A stretch of DNA of 64,000 nucleotides from Sedimentisphaerales bacterium (GCA_963708075.1 OY970194.1:5696001-5760000), one strand, 5' to 3'; shown: positions 10,130 through 20,219, counted from the stretch's first letter. The notes: generated by a model from the sequence alone, not told the origin. Made by a program: numbers and translations.

Positions 10130-10667
10130 GTGAGCATGACAAACGCTGAGGACCCCATCCTTGTCCGGCGAGCCCTGCAGGCCGATCCGGAGAGCTTCGG
10201 GCAGCTATGCAAGCGGTATTACCCCTTGCTGGTGGCTGTGGCGGATTCAATCCTGCTGGATCATCATCTGGCGGAGGACGCCGCTCAGGAAGCCCTCGCG
10301 GACGCCTGCCGGCAGCTCCCGCGGCTCAAGGAGCCAGAGCGTCTTCGGGCCCTGGGTGGCCGCGATCTGCCGAAACGTTGCGAAAGATATGCTCCGGGAC
10401 CGGCGGAGGCAGCGAGTCCCCGTTGCCGACTGCGAACCGCAGGAGATAGACTGCCGGCAGGATGGGCAAGATGAAGCTCTGGCCGAAGCGTTACGCCATC
10501 TGCCGCAACCGTTGCGAGAGGTGGTCTACCTGCGCTTCTACAACGGGCTGAGCTATCAGCAAATCGCCGGGGTCCTCGGCGCATCACAGGAATCCATTGA
10601 TGGCCGGCTCCGCCGGGCCAAGAAGAAGATCGCGGCGTTCATGAAGGCAAAGGGCTTTGAGCCCTGA
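10130..10667 (+). CDS. ECF sigma factor, apparent +1 frameshift at about 10342
   Basis: AEDAAQEA region 2 in one frame; FGPWVAAICRN and region 4 (LSYQQIAGVLG...GRLRRAKK) in the next; collinear with paralogue at 11890. Confidence 0.85.
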
Positions 10668-10680
10668 GGTGTGATTGTCT

Positions 10681-11760
10681 ATGGTTCGAAGAGACGACAT
10701 CGACCGGCTGGACGAACTGCTGGCAAAGCACTTGCGGCGCGAGCCCGCTGCGTTTGATTTCGAGCGGTGGGCACACAGGTTTCCCACGGACGCAAAGCTC
10801 GTGCAATCCGGTTTCCCTCAGTCGGTCTCAAGGCGAAGAACTCAACTGGTGCAGATTGGGAGGTGTATTATGACAAGTCGATATACGAGACTCGCCGGCG
10901 TGGCGGCGGTGGTTCTGGTGACGCTTTCGTTCCTGTTCCCCGGCGGCAACGGAATCGTGCCGGAGAGCGTCGCGTGGGCCGATGTCCAGAAGGCCATGGA
11001 ACAAGTGCACACCATCCGCGTCACCGGCACGCGGAACTGCTTCTTCGGGGACGACGAGACGCCGACGTACAAACTGGGCCTGGAGAAGCTGTTCTCCTTC
11101 TCACGCGGGTACGTTGACAGGACCTTCACGGAGGACGGACAGTTGATCATCGAATTCACCTACGATCTCCCAACCGGGACGATGACGGTCCTGTTTCCCA
11201 CCCAGAAGAAGTACTACCGGATGCAGGCGCCGCAGGCGTTCCGCGAAGAGACAAGCCGGGTGACATTTGAGGAGTTCGGCCGACGGCTGTTTCTCTCCGG
11301 TGACTATCGCGTGGTCGGTCCCAACGACGTGCAGGGGATCCGGGCCATCGGCTTCGAGGTCTCCGATCTCTTCAGTCGTCTCAGCACAGGACTGGGGGCC
11401 GGTGGCAAACTGATGAATTTTTTCCTCTCTTTCGGCCAGTCGAGCGCGCGGATGTGGGTGAACCCGGAGACCCGGCTGCCCATCCAGTTGGAGGCCGAGG
11501 GCAAGATCAACCCCTGCTTAGTGACCGGCTATCGCGAGATGACGCTTCGCGAGATCGACGACCGGTGGGACTTTGGCGTGGAGCTCGACGGCGTCCAGTT
11601 CCTTCCCGCCATCCCCGAAGACTATGAGGCGTTGGCTGTGCCGGTGGCCTTGAAGGTCCAGGCCGGTCTATACGCCGGGGCGGGCGCGGTCGGGCCGGTC
11701 TGCCTGGCCGTAAGACGCTCGCGCCGTCGCACGCGCACAGTGCCTGTGACAGCAACCTGA
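10681..11760 (+). CDS. putative anti-sigma factor with extracytoplasmic LolA-like domain and C-terminal hydrophobic/Arg-rich tail
   Basis: Follows ECF gene; TM helix; VAWADVQKAM; MWVNPETRLP; PAIPEDY. Confidence 0.7.
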   Translation: MVRRDDIDRLDELLAKHLRREPAAFDFERWAHRFPTDAKLVQSGFPQSVSRRRTQLVQIGRCIMTSRYTRLAGVAAVVLVTLSFLFPGGNGIVPESVAWADVQKAMEQVHTIRVTGTRNCFFGDDETPTYKLGLEKLFSFSRGYVDRTFTEDGQLIIEFTYDLPTGTMTVLFPTQKKYYRMQAPQAFREETSRVTFEEFGRRLFLSGDYRVVGPNDVQGIRAIGFEVSDLFSRLSTGLGAGGKLMNFFLSFGQSSARMWVNPETRLPIQLEAEGKINPCLVTGYREMTLREIDDRWDFGVELDGVQFLPAIPEDYEALAVPVALKVQAGLYAGAGAVGPVCLAVRRSRRRTRTVPVTAT

Positions 11761-11798
11761 TTTTCCGTACGCATGATCCTAATTCAGGGTATCCTTGT

Positions 11799-11828
11799 GA
11801 AAGCCTGGCGGTGAACTGCCGGGCTTTC
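11799..11828 (+). terminator. intrinsic terminator-like hairpin
   Basis: GAAAGCCTGGCGG...CTGCCGGGCTTTC followed by T-rich run. Confidence 0.6.
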
Positions 11829-11889
11829 TCGTTTTTGCAGGATTCCTGCGCCCGGATTTCGTGGGCGGGAGAGACTTACTTGTAGAAAT

Positions 11890-12435
11890 GTGACAGAGAA
11901 TACGGATGCCATCCTGGTCGCGGCGGCCTTGCGGGGCGATGCCGAGAGCTTCAGCCGGCTGTGTGAGCAGTACTATCCGGCCTTGGTGGCGATTGCGTAC
12001 TCCCGGTTGGCCGACCGGGGCTTGGCTGAGGATGCGGCTCAGGAGGCGCTTCTGGCCGCCTATCGCGACATCGGGAACCTGAAGAAGGCAGGACATTTTG
12101 CCGGATGGCTGGCGGTGATCTGCCGGAACATTGCCATCGACATGGCCAGGGCGCGAGCCCGGGAAAAGCATGCTGGAACTGAGGATTGCAGTCCCGTTTT
12201 GAGTCCCTCCTGCAATGAGGACGATACCATTGGCATCGTGCGAGAGATTATCCTGCGGCTGGAGCCGGATATGAGGGACATCATTTACCTCAGGTACTAC
12301 AACCAAATGGGCTATGGCCAGATCGCGCAGATGCTCGGCATCACCGAAGAAGCGGTCAATGGCAAACTCAGGCGGGCCAGAGACACGATCCGCCGGGAAC
12401 TGCAACGACGGGCATCGATGGAGACGGAACCATGA
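11890..12435 (+). CDS. ECF sigma factor
   Basis: AEDAAQEA, FAGWLAVICRN, region 4 HTH. Confidence 0.9.
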   Translation: MTENTDAILVAAALRGDAESFSRLCEQYYPALVAIAYSRLADRGLAEDAAQEALLAAYRDIGNLKKAGHFAGWLAVICRNIAIDMARARAREKHAGTEDCSPVLSPSCNEDDTIGIVREIILRLEPDMRDIIYLRYYNQMGYGQIAQMLGITEEAVNGKLRRARDTIRRELQRRASMETEP

Positions 12436-13487
12436 AACACAGGAATGATGAGGACCGGCTCGACGAAATCATCGCCCGGGCCGTCGATCTCGGCAAGGTC
12501 GAATTCGATCGAAAAGCGTGGCTGGACAGGCTGGCCGCACAAGGGCCAAGCCTCGACAGCCGCCAAATGCACCACACGAAATCTGAACCCCACAAGAAGA
12601 TATGGAGAACCGTTATGGAAAGCAGAGTTACGAAATACTCCGTGGCTGCGACGATTCTTGTCGCCGCGTCACTTGTCTTGTTCGATCCGTTGGGTCTGTT
12701 TGGCGGCCGGCACGGCGTCGTTCTGGCCGAAGTGGTCGAGAGAATGAATGACGTCAAGACGATGATACTCAAGGAAAAGAGAGTGTACTACGAGATAGGC
12801 AAAGACGAGCCTTTGCTGAGCACAAATGTGGTCAAGTACCTGTCCTTCGATCGCGGCATCGTCGACGAGCAATACGGCGAAGATGGACGCCTTCAGGGCC
12901 GGGCCTACATCCTGAAGGACCCGCCGCAGATCACCATTGTGCTTGTCGAAGACAAGAAGTACGTGAAGCTGCCGCTGACGGATTCCGCGGCCCGCCTGGT
13001 GGAGCGCCTGACGCCCAAGGCCATCGTGGAGTACTTCAAAGCGGGGGACTGCAAGGACTTGGGCACGGCGACGATCGACGGGCATGAGGCGACGGGGTTT
13101 GAGACGAGAGATACGGGACTCTTTCCCATCTCCGGCCAGTACCGGTTCCTGTTCCCGATCAAAGACATCAGGTGGCAGTTCTGGATCAGTGAGGACCTGC
13201 CGTTTCCCGTGACGGCCGACCTGGAGGTCACGACCGGCCGAGGTCTTTTCACGGTCTTCAAAGAGCTCCGGATCACTTGTCACGACTACGACATGGAGTA
13301 TGACCCGAATATTCCTTCGACGGTGTTCGATCCGAACATCCCCGCCGACTACACGCCGCTGAACCTGGAATCCACCGTGAAAGAGAGCGCCGCCTGGCTG
13401 GGCGTCGGGGGCCTGCCGGTCGTCGGAATCGTGGTTCGCCACCGTCGGAGGCGCACGCATCGTCGCGGGGTCCGTATGGCGACCTGA
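12432..13487 (+). CDS. putative anti-sigma factor, paralogue of 10681-11760
   Basis: ATGA overlap with the sigma gene; TM helix; FDPNIPADY; C-terminal hydrophobic segment plus RHRRRR. Confidence 0.7.
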   Translation: MKHRNDEDRLDEIIARAVDLGKVEFDRKAWLDRLAAQGPSLDSRQMHHTKSEPHKKIWRTVMESRVTKYSVAATILVAASLVLFDPLGLFGGRHGVVLAEVVERMNDVKTMILKEKRVYYEIGKDEPLLSTNVVKYLSFDRGIVDEQYGEDGRLQGRAYILKDPPQITIVLVEDKKYVKLPLTDSAARLVERLTPKAIVEYFKAGDCKDLGTATIDGHEATGFETRDTGLFPISGQYRFLFPIKDIRWQFWISEDLPFPVTADLEVTTGRGLFTVFKELRITCHDYDMEYDPNIPSTVFDPNIPADYTPLNLESTVKESAAWLGVGGLPVVGIVVRHRRRRTHRRGVRMAT

Positions 13488-13520
13488 GATCAGGTCCTTT
13501 CCTACGGCTGTTATCGAACA

Positions 13521-13551
13521 AGCCCTGCCCCGATGGCAGGGCTTTTCTTTT
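13521..13551 (+). terminator. rho-independent terminator
   Basis: AGCCCTGCC-CCGAT-GGCAGGGCT-TTTCTTT. Confidence 0.75.
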
Positions 13552-13815
13552 GGCCTGAGGCGAGTGATTCTTCGTATCTATAAGACAGGGTGGCCGGTAC
13601 AATCCTGCCTCCTGCCGGCGAGCCGGGCGATATCAGGGGAAAACTGTGATGGGGGAGTTTGCCTTTGGCGGCCGGCGCTGTACAATGGCGTGATACAGGT
13701 CGGCTGATGGCGATAAGACCTGAAACCGATTCTGGGGGTGTAGTTGAGAGACTGAATTCCATTCTGCGGAAGTTCAGTGCGAGAACGAAGCGATTTCACG
13801 TCATGGGGATGACGT

Positions 13816-15078
13816 ATGGATAGAGTGAGCACGGAAGTATCAGACCAGACGCAGGAATCGCATCCGAGTGAGCCGCCCGAGATGATGCGGGCGGAGCTCA
13901 ACGCGATTCTGGACCACGCCGGCACGGCTGTGGCCGTGTACCAGGCGGTGGACGACGGCAACGACTTCATCTTCGTGGATTTCAACCGGGCCGCCGAGGA
14001 AATCGAGCAAGTCAAGAGGGAGGAAGTGCTTGGCAAGAGCGTGCTGGAGGTGTTTCCCAGCGTGCGGGAGTTCGGGCTTTTTGAGGCGTTTCAACGGGTC
14101 TGGCGGACGGGCGAGCCGGTCGAGCATCCCATCTCCGTGTACAAGGACTGGCGCATCACCGGCTGGCGTCGCAACTATATCTGCAAGCTCCCCAACGGGC
14201 AAATCATGGCCATCTATGAAGACGTCGGCCGAACCAAACAGAGCGAACTGGCTACACGCATGAGCGAGCAGTGCTTCCGTGCCATTGCCGATTACACTTA
14301 CGATTGGGAAATCTGGGTCGGCCCCGCCGGCCGCGTTCTGTGGACGAATCCGGCGGCCACACGCATCTCGGGCTTTTCCATCAAGGAGATCATCACGATG
14401 CCCGATTACCCCGGGCCGCTGGTCTATGAAGCGGACCGCGAGAAGATCATTCGGGCGTTTCGCACCGCCGTCGGCGGCAGCACGGGCAACGAGCAGTTCC
14501 GGCTCAAGCACAAGGAAGGCCGGGTCCTCTGGGCTGAGATCTCCTGGCAGCCCATCTACGATGAGAAAGGCAATTCCCTCGGACACCGCGAGAGCATCCG
14601 CGATGTGACCGCTCGCAAGCTGGCCGAGCAGGCGGTGCAGTTGGCCGAGCGGGAGAAGGAGGCCATCCTCGACAACATGGCCGAGCATATCATCCACCTC
14701 GACGCGGATTCGTCGATCCTCTGGGCGAACCGGGCGGCTTGTGAGTCCGCAGGTCTTACGCGGGAGCAGGTCATCGGGCGGTTCTGCTACGAGATGCCTG
14801 TCGAGTGGCATGAACTCTGGGGCACCTGCCCGGCCGCCCAGGCCATGGAGACGGGCAATCGCATCGAGGTCGAGAAATCCGCGCCCGACGGCCGGACCTG
14901 GTTTGTCCAGGCGGCGCCTGTGCGAGATCGCAAGGGCGGCATCATCGGCGGCGTCGAAATCGCCCTGGATGTCACCAAGTACAAGCGCACCGAAATCGCC
15001 CTGCAGGAACTGCGGCGCGAACGCCATGAACTGGAAGCCCAAGCCGCGGTAGAAGACCCCGCCGAACACGAAGTCTGA
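13816..15078 (+). CDS. multi-PAS domain protein without an obvious output domain
   Basis: Three PAS/PAC repeats (FNRAAE...EDV; WTNPAA...RDVTARK; WANRAA...LDVTKYK). Confidence 0.85.
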   Translation: MDRVSTEVSDQTQESHPSEPPEMMRAELNAILDHAGTAVAVYQAVDDGNDFIFVDFNRAAEEIEQVKREEVLGKSVLEVFPSVREFGLFEAFQRVWRTGEPVEHPISVYKDWRITGWRRNYICKLPNGQIMAIYEDVGRTKQSELATRMSEQCFRAIADYTYDWEIWVGPAGRVLWTNPAATRISGFSIKEIITMPDYPGPLVYEADREKIIRAFRTAVGGSTGNEQFRLKHKEGRVLWAEISWQPIYDEKGNSLGHRESIRDVTARKLAEQAVQLAEREKEAILDNMAEHIIHLDADSSILWANRAACESAGLTREQVIGRFCYEMPVEWHELWGTCPAAQAMETGNRIEVEKSAPDGRTWFVQAAPVRDRKGGIIGGVEIALDVTKYKRTEIALQELRRERHELEAQAAVEDPAEHEV

Positions 15079-15132
15079 GCAGGTAGTCGGACTTCCCCGC
15101 CGTCTGCCGGTCAGAACGGCGAGGTTGAGCGA

Positions 15133-16947
15133 CTATGGAATATAGTTAAGCCATTCCTCGGCGAAGAAGGGAAGGCTCGGCCATCCCACTGCTCCTGACC
15201 CTTTCATATCTGCGCCCTCCCACCATTTGTTGATCCGTCCGAAGTCCGAGTCGCGTGTCAGAGAGGCGAGTTTAGAAGGGTTAACGAGGCCACCGGCATC
15301 CAGAATGGACTGGGCCGCGCGAGAGAGGGAAACCAAATCGCATGTCCCGATGCAGCCGTCTCCATCGATGTCGGCCAGGGCACGATAGTTGGCATCCTGC
15401 CGGCACGAGCCCAGCGCCTCGGCGACGGCTTTGATATCCTCCACGTCGCAGTCTCCATCCCAGTCCATGTCGCAGAGCCGGACTGGTAAGTGACCCATGA
15501 TCGTCGTCTGTCCCGGATTCAGAGGCATCGACGGAGACAGGGCCGTGAGCTGGTCGATGAGTGGTTGTCCGATTTGGTCTCCAAGAGCCAGGCCTGTGAT
15601 AAGGGGTGTCACGCTGAGGATTCCGGCGGACGTGGGGAGACACTCTTTCTTCAGTTGTGTCAGGTCGCACCAACATGTTGAGGCTTCAACGGGAGCTGTG
15701 CACCCCGGTGGATACTCGTGAAGGAACTGGATCACCGAGAACCGATTCGTCAGCACGTCATATCTTTCCAGCCAATGGTCGAGATACCTTGGGACGCCGT
15801 GGTCCTGGCCGAAGTCCCAGTTGTGCCACGTCGTCAGACAGAAGCGGTCGGGTTTGCCGTTATTATTATCGTCGGGGGCGTAGTACTCTGCATAGTTGCA
15901 TCCCTCTCCGAAGACCGCCTCACTGATCGGGTACCCCACCGGGTCGCCTGTCGGATAGTATCGCAATTCGTAGTGCGGGAATGGTTCGGCGACCCACCAA
16001 ACTTCCATCTGTTCACCCGAATCGGCTTCGATGGTTTCCCCCAGCTTGCCGGGCGGGCACGCAGAAGGACAGTCACACGAGGGGAAGTCGATGGGGTGCC
16101 ACGACCCATTGAGGCAGGGCGCCACAAGGTAGGCATTGGGATCGCACCGCGGAATGGTCGTGAATGGATCATAGTAAGCCCCCAAGTAGAGAGACATCTG
16201 GATAGGAGGGCCCATGTAGCTGCTGTACTCTTCGGACTCACTCGTCTTGCCGTTTGCGTCTGCGTCGATACCCACGGACAGCGTAACAGTATCACCGAAT
16301 TTGGCATCCACCACCGTGATCTCAAGGGGATTGGGACGGTTCACACGTAGCCTGGGTGGGCAGGCGGAGTAGTTAAGCTCGTATGCGAACGCATTCTTGC
16401 CGATAGTCAATGTCACCGTGAATGTGACCTCGGAACTCGCGTTCGCGCACTCCTCCAAACCCTCGGGAAGGGGTACGATCTTGTACGGGAGGGCAAACAA
16501 GACAGTGATCCGCTGGCCCCGCAGTAGTGGGTGAAAGGGAGTGAGCTCCCAGTGGAGCGTCCAAGTCCCGTCCACAGTGCATGAGAAACTGCCCTCCTGA
16601 TCATGGAGCTGCTCGGCACGACCCTGCAGAGCGACCCCCCACCTGAACAATTCCCCCCCAGAGAAGCATGGCATGCACAGATCAGTCCCGAGGGTAGCCT
16701 TGGCGGAATTGAGATAGTGGCCGTTAGCCTGCACTTCTCTTGCCACCAAGCCCGTCTCAATAGATGCCCACTCTTCCGCCTTCTCATCCGTCTTCGAAGC
16801 TTCAGAGACCTTTGCGGTTATCTTGCCTGAAGATGTGGAATTGCCGTAGTCAAACTCGAGTGGCACCCATATCACCAGTTGTGCCCTCAGAGAACCGGAC
16901 CAGACAAGCAACAACCCACAAATCAGCACTTGCAGCGATGTCTTCAT
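15133..16947 (-). CDS. secreted Cys-rich protein with C-terminal dockerin/EF-hand-like repeats
   Basis: Signal peptide; DMDWDGDCDVEDI and ADIDGDGCIGTCDL; GGAGG RBS. Confidence 0.7.
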   Translation of the reverse strand: MKTSLQVLICGLLLVWSGSLRAQLVIWVPLEFDYGNSTSSGKITAKVSEASKTDEKAEEWASIETGLVAREVQANGHYLNSAKATLGTDLCMPCFSGGELFRWGVALQGRAEQLHDQEGSFSCTVDGTWTLHWELTPFHPLLRGQRITVLFALPYKIVPLPEGLEECANASSEVTFTVTLTIGKNAFAYELNYSACPPRLRVNRPNPLEITVVDAKFGDTVTLSVGIDADANGKTSESEEYSSYMGPPIQMSLYLGAYYDPFTTIPRCDPNAYLVAPCLNGSWHPIDFPSCDCPSACPPGKLGETIEADSGEQMEVWWVAEPFPHYELRYYPTGDPVGYPISEAVFGEGCNYAEYYAPDDNNNGKPDRFCLTTWHNWDFGQDHGVPRYLDHWLERYDVLTNRFSVIQFLHEYPPGCTAPVEASTCWCDLTQLKKECLPTSAGILSVTPLITGLALGDQIGQPLIDQLTALSPSMPLNPGQTTIMGHLPVRLCDMDWDGDCDVEDIKAVAEALGSCRQDANYRALADIDGDGCIGTCDLVSLSRAAQSILDAGGLVNPSKLASLTRDSDFGRINKWWEGADMKGSGAVGWPSLPFFAEEWLNYIP

Positions 16948-17153
16948 GCCGATGCCTCCTTCGGTTCCCCGGCGTTCTATGTCCTTCGTGATGAAAGTCT
17001 GGTCTGCTCGTGAATCCCTGCCGTGTAAAACAAGATTACTGTAACAGCCACGGCGTGTTGTTGTCAACGGCTTTTCGCATTGTGTCAGAGGTTGAGCGCT
17101 GCGGTAGGTAGAGAACCATTGCGGCGCAGGGCCCGGCCGATATACTCGCGGGG

Positions 17154-18101
17154 ATGTTGAACAGCTTGTTGGCTTTTTACACGCGGTGGTTTGCCCTGTG
17201 GGTGGTGCTTGGGGGTCTTGCGGCGTATTTCTGGCCGGGGCCGTTGGCCTCCCTGGATCGCCGCTCGGTGAACGCTGTGTTTGCCTTGACGATGTTCGGC
17301 ATCGGCGCCGTCCTGCAGGCGGAGGATTTCCGGCGAATCATCCAGCGTCCGGCTATCGTTCTGATCGGCACCATCACGCAGTACAGCCTGATGCCTTTGA
17401 CGGCCTACGCTATCGCTACTGCCTTTAACCTCGATCCGCAGATCACCGTCGGCCTGATTCTGACGGCCTCTGCCCCCGGCGCTATGTCGAGCAGCGTCGT
17501 CAGCTACATTGCCAAGGCGGATCTTGCCTATTCGGTCTCTCTCACGACCGTCTCGACCCTGATCGCTCCACTGGCGACTCCCGGCCTGACGTACCTCCTT
17601 GCGAGATCGGTACTTGAAGTGCCGGTCCTCGACATGCTGATTGAGGTGGTATTGCTGGTGATCGTGCCGCTATTGGTCGGGTTCGCGGTACGGCACTTCT
17701 TCGCCACGAAGGTGGAGAAGATCTCCGCAGTTTTCCCGGCGATTTCGGTGACGTTCATCGTGCTGGTCTGTTCTCGCACGATTGCCGCCAACAGGGACAG
17801 CCTGCTGGGCGTGACCGGGATGCTTCTGGCGATCGGTGTGCTCATGAACGTCATCGGGCTGGTCGGCGGTTATCTGATCGCATGGGTCTCTCGCATGAAT
17901 GTGGCGCAGAGACGGTCCCTGGCAATTGAAGGCGGCATGCAGAACGCCGGCCTCGGGGCGGTCCTGGCATCGGAGCATTTCAGCGACAGGGCCGCCATGC
18001 CCGCCGCGATCTTTGTATTCATCTGCATCATCACGGCCTCCCTCCTGGCCGCCTGGTGGCAGCGACACCTCCCCCAGCCGGCACTGGCAGCGGAAAATTA
18101 A
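17154..18101 (+). CDS. bile acid:sodium symporter family transporter
   Basis: MFGIG, QYSLMP, APGAMSS, IEGGMQNAGLG. Confidence 0.9.
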   Translation: MLNSLLAFYTRWFALWVVLGGLAAYFWPGPLASLDRRSVNAVFALTMFGIGAVLQAEDFRRIIQRPAIVLIGTITQYSLMPLTAYAIATAFNLDPQITVGLILTASAPGAMSSSVVSYIAKADLAYSVSLTTVSTLIAPLATPGLTYLLARSVLEVPVLDMLIEVVLLVIVPLLVGFAVRHFFATKVEKISAVFPAISVTFIVLVCSRTIAANRDSLLGVTGMLLAIGVLMNVIGLVGGYLIAWVSRMNVAQRRSLAIEGGMQNAGLGAVLASEHFSDRAAMPAAIFVFICIITASLLAAWWQRHLPQPALAAEN

Positions 18102-18125
18102 ATAACAGTTATTAGCGAACAGCTC

Positions 18126-18154
18126 TTGCATTTTGCCGATAAAACCGCTATTCT
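18126..18154 (+). promoter_or_regulatory. sigma70-type promoter of asd
   Basis: TTGCAT-17 nt-TATTCT. Confidence 0.45.
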
Positions 18155-18251
18155 GCGGGATTCTATAAGTTCCGGCGGCAAAATCCCTGCACGGCAGCCA
18201 TCGGTTTGGTTGCACCTGCATTTCGCCGGGTGTTGTGAGGAGTCACTGGAT

Positions 18252-19250
18252 ATGGCACCGAATGTAGCAGTTGTGGGAGTGACCGGCGCGGTCGGTCAGG
18301 AATTCTTATCCATTCTCGAAGAACGGAAGTTCCCGTTCAAGACGCTGCGAGTGCTGGCGAGCAGCCGGTCTGCGGGAAAGAAGGTCCCCTTCAAGGGCAA
18401 GGAATATACGATCGAGGAGCTGGCGCAGGACAGCTTCAAGGGCATCGATATCGCTCTGTTCAGCGCTGGCGCATCGCGGAGCCGCGAGTTCGCATCGGCG
18501 GCGGTGAAGGCCGGGGCGGTCGTCGTGGATAATTCCTCGGCGTTCCGCATGGACCCCCAGGTCCCGCTCGTCATCCCCGAGATCAACCCGCAGAAGATCA
18601 AGGAGCACAAGGGGATCATCGCCAACCCCAACTGCTCCACGATCATCGGCATCGTGCCGATCTGGCCGCTGCACAAGATCAATCCGGTCAAGAGGATGGT
18701 CGTGAGCACGTACCAGGCGGCCAGCGGGGCCGGTATGTCCGCGATGCTGGAGCTCGAAAGCCAGAGCCGCGAGATCCTCGCCGGAAAGCCGCCGACCAAG
18801 AATGTGTTCCCGCACCAGATCGCGTTCAACTGCTTCAGTCACAACTCCGCGCTGGGCCCCAACGGGTACAACGAGGAAGAGACGAAGCTGGTGAAAGAGA
18901 CTCGCAAGATTTTCGATTGCCCGGAGATCGCGATCACGGCGACCTGCGTTCGTATCGCCGTGATGCGGGCGCATTGCGAGAGCATCAACCTCGAATTCAC
19001 GAACCCGATTACGCCGGACCAGGTCCGCGAGATCCTCAAGAAGGCGCCGGGCGTCACGGTCCTCGACGACCGTGAGCACAACCGCTTCCCGATGCCGATC
19101 GACGCCACCGGCAAGGACGACGTCTTCGTCGGGCGAATTCGCCAGGACGAGTCTCTGCCGAACAATCGCGGAATCAACCTCTGGGTCTCCGGCGACCAGT
19201 TGCGCAAGGGCGCCGCCCTGAACGCGATCCAGATCGCCGAGCTGTTGTAG
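18252..19250 (+). CDS. asd: aspartate-semialdehyde dehydrogenase
   Basis: VVGVTGAVG, DNSSAFRM, NPNCST, DQLRKGAALNAIQIAE. Confidence 0.97.
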   Translation: MAPNVAVVGVTGAVGQEFLSILEERKFPFKTLRVLASSRSAGKKVPFKGKEYTIEELAQDSFKGIDIALFSAGASRSREFASAAVKAGAVVVDNSSAFRMDPQVPLVIPEINPQKIKEHKGIIANPNCSTIIGIVPIWPLHKINPVKRMVVSTYQAASGAGMSAMLELESQSREILAGKPPTKNVFPHQIAFNCFSHNSALGPNGYNEEETKLVKETRKIFDCPEIAITATCVRIAVMRAHCESINLEFTNPITPDQVREILKKAPGVTVLDDREHNRFPMPIDATGKDDVFVGRIRQDESLPNNRGINLWVSGDQLRKGAALNAIQIAELL

Positions 19251-19350
19251 GCGGGCCGCGTGCGACGCAAATCCTTGCGTCATAGGTTTGTACTTTGGAG
19301 CCGCTCAGCGTATCATCCTGAGCGGCTCTGTTATTTGCAGGTTTCGTGGA

Positions 19351-20103
19351 ATGGCTCTTCGCAATGTCAAACTGACGATCGCGTACGACGGCAGCGATTA
19401 TCACGGCTGGCAAATCCAGCCGGACTGTCGGACCGTCCAGGAGGTGCTGAGGGATGCGCTGCGCAGCCTGCTGGGTCCGAGGGCCAGAATCTGCGGAGCC
19501 AGCCGCACCGATGCGGGCGTCAGTGCCCTCGGCCAGGTCGGCCTGATCCAGATCGATTCGCCCATCCCCACAGAGAACCTGGCCAAGGCAATCACCGACC
19601 GGCTGCCCGAGGACATGGCCATTGTCAAAGCGGAAGAGGTCCCGATGGGCTTCGACGTTATCGGGGACGTCACGAGCAAACAGTACCGCTACACGATCTT
19701 CTCCGGCCCCGTTCGCCCAGTGTTGCACATCAGGCATTGCTGGTATGTGCCCGCCGAGCTTGATGTGCCGGCGATGAATGAAGCCGCCGGGCTGCTGGTG
19801 GGTAGGAAGGATTTCAAATCGTTTGCCGCTGCCGCCGATCACAGGGAGGATTCTGTTCGTACAGTCTTCCGTTGCGATGTGACGGCCCAGCCGGCGGATG
19901 ATGGACGCTGGATATACGTCCACGCCGAGGGCGACGGCTTCCTCTATAACATGGTCCGCAACATCGTCGGCACGCTCGTGGAAGTCGGCGTCGGCCGCTG
20001 GAAGCCCGACAAGATTCCGGAAATCCTGGAAGCCCGGGACCGTCGAGCCGCCGGTCCCATCGCTCCCCCCAACGGCCTGTGCCTGATGTGGATCAAATAC
20101 TGA
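19351..20103 (+). CDS. truA: tRNA pseudouridine(38-40) synthase
   Basis: YDGSDYHGWQIQ, ASRTDAGV, FLYNMVR, APPNGLCL. Confidence 0.97.
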   Translation: MALRNVKLTIAYDGSDYHGWQIQPDCRTVQEVLRDALRSLLGPRARICGASRTDAGVSALGQVGLIQIDSPIPTENLAKAITDRLPEDMAIVKAEEVPMGFDVIGDVTSKQYRYTIFSGPVRPVLHIRHCWYVPAELDVPAMNEAAGLLVGRKDFKSFAAAADHREDSVRTVFRCDVTAQPADDGRWIYVHAEGDGFLYNMVRNIVGTLVEVGVGRWKPDKIPEILEARDRRAAGPIAPPNGLCLMWIKY

Positions 20104-20124
20104 TGCCGACCGGTCGGGCACGCA

Positions 20125-20219
20125 TCCGGGTGGCAGCGTCAAGCGCAGCTTGGCGATGGTCTTCCTGGGGTGCGGTGCAGCCATTGCCAAGACCTTCGGT
20201 CTTGACGCTGCCACCCGGA
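20125..20219. repeat. REP/MITE-like palindromic element
   Basis: 19-bp perfect inverted repeat TCCGGGTGGCAGCGTCAAG / CTTGACGCTGCCACCCGGA plus nested CTTGGCGATGG / CCATTGCCAAG. Confidence 0.8.

Noticed and set aside
13840..15069. Long antisense ORFs (also 6590-7504, 8297-9292, 18306-19283, 21520-22683, 22795-24066, 38319-39509)
   Set aside because: Shadow ORFs opposite well-supported genes, expected in GC-rich DNA.
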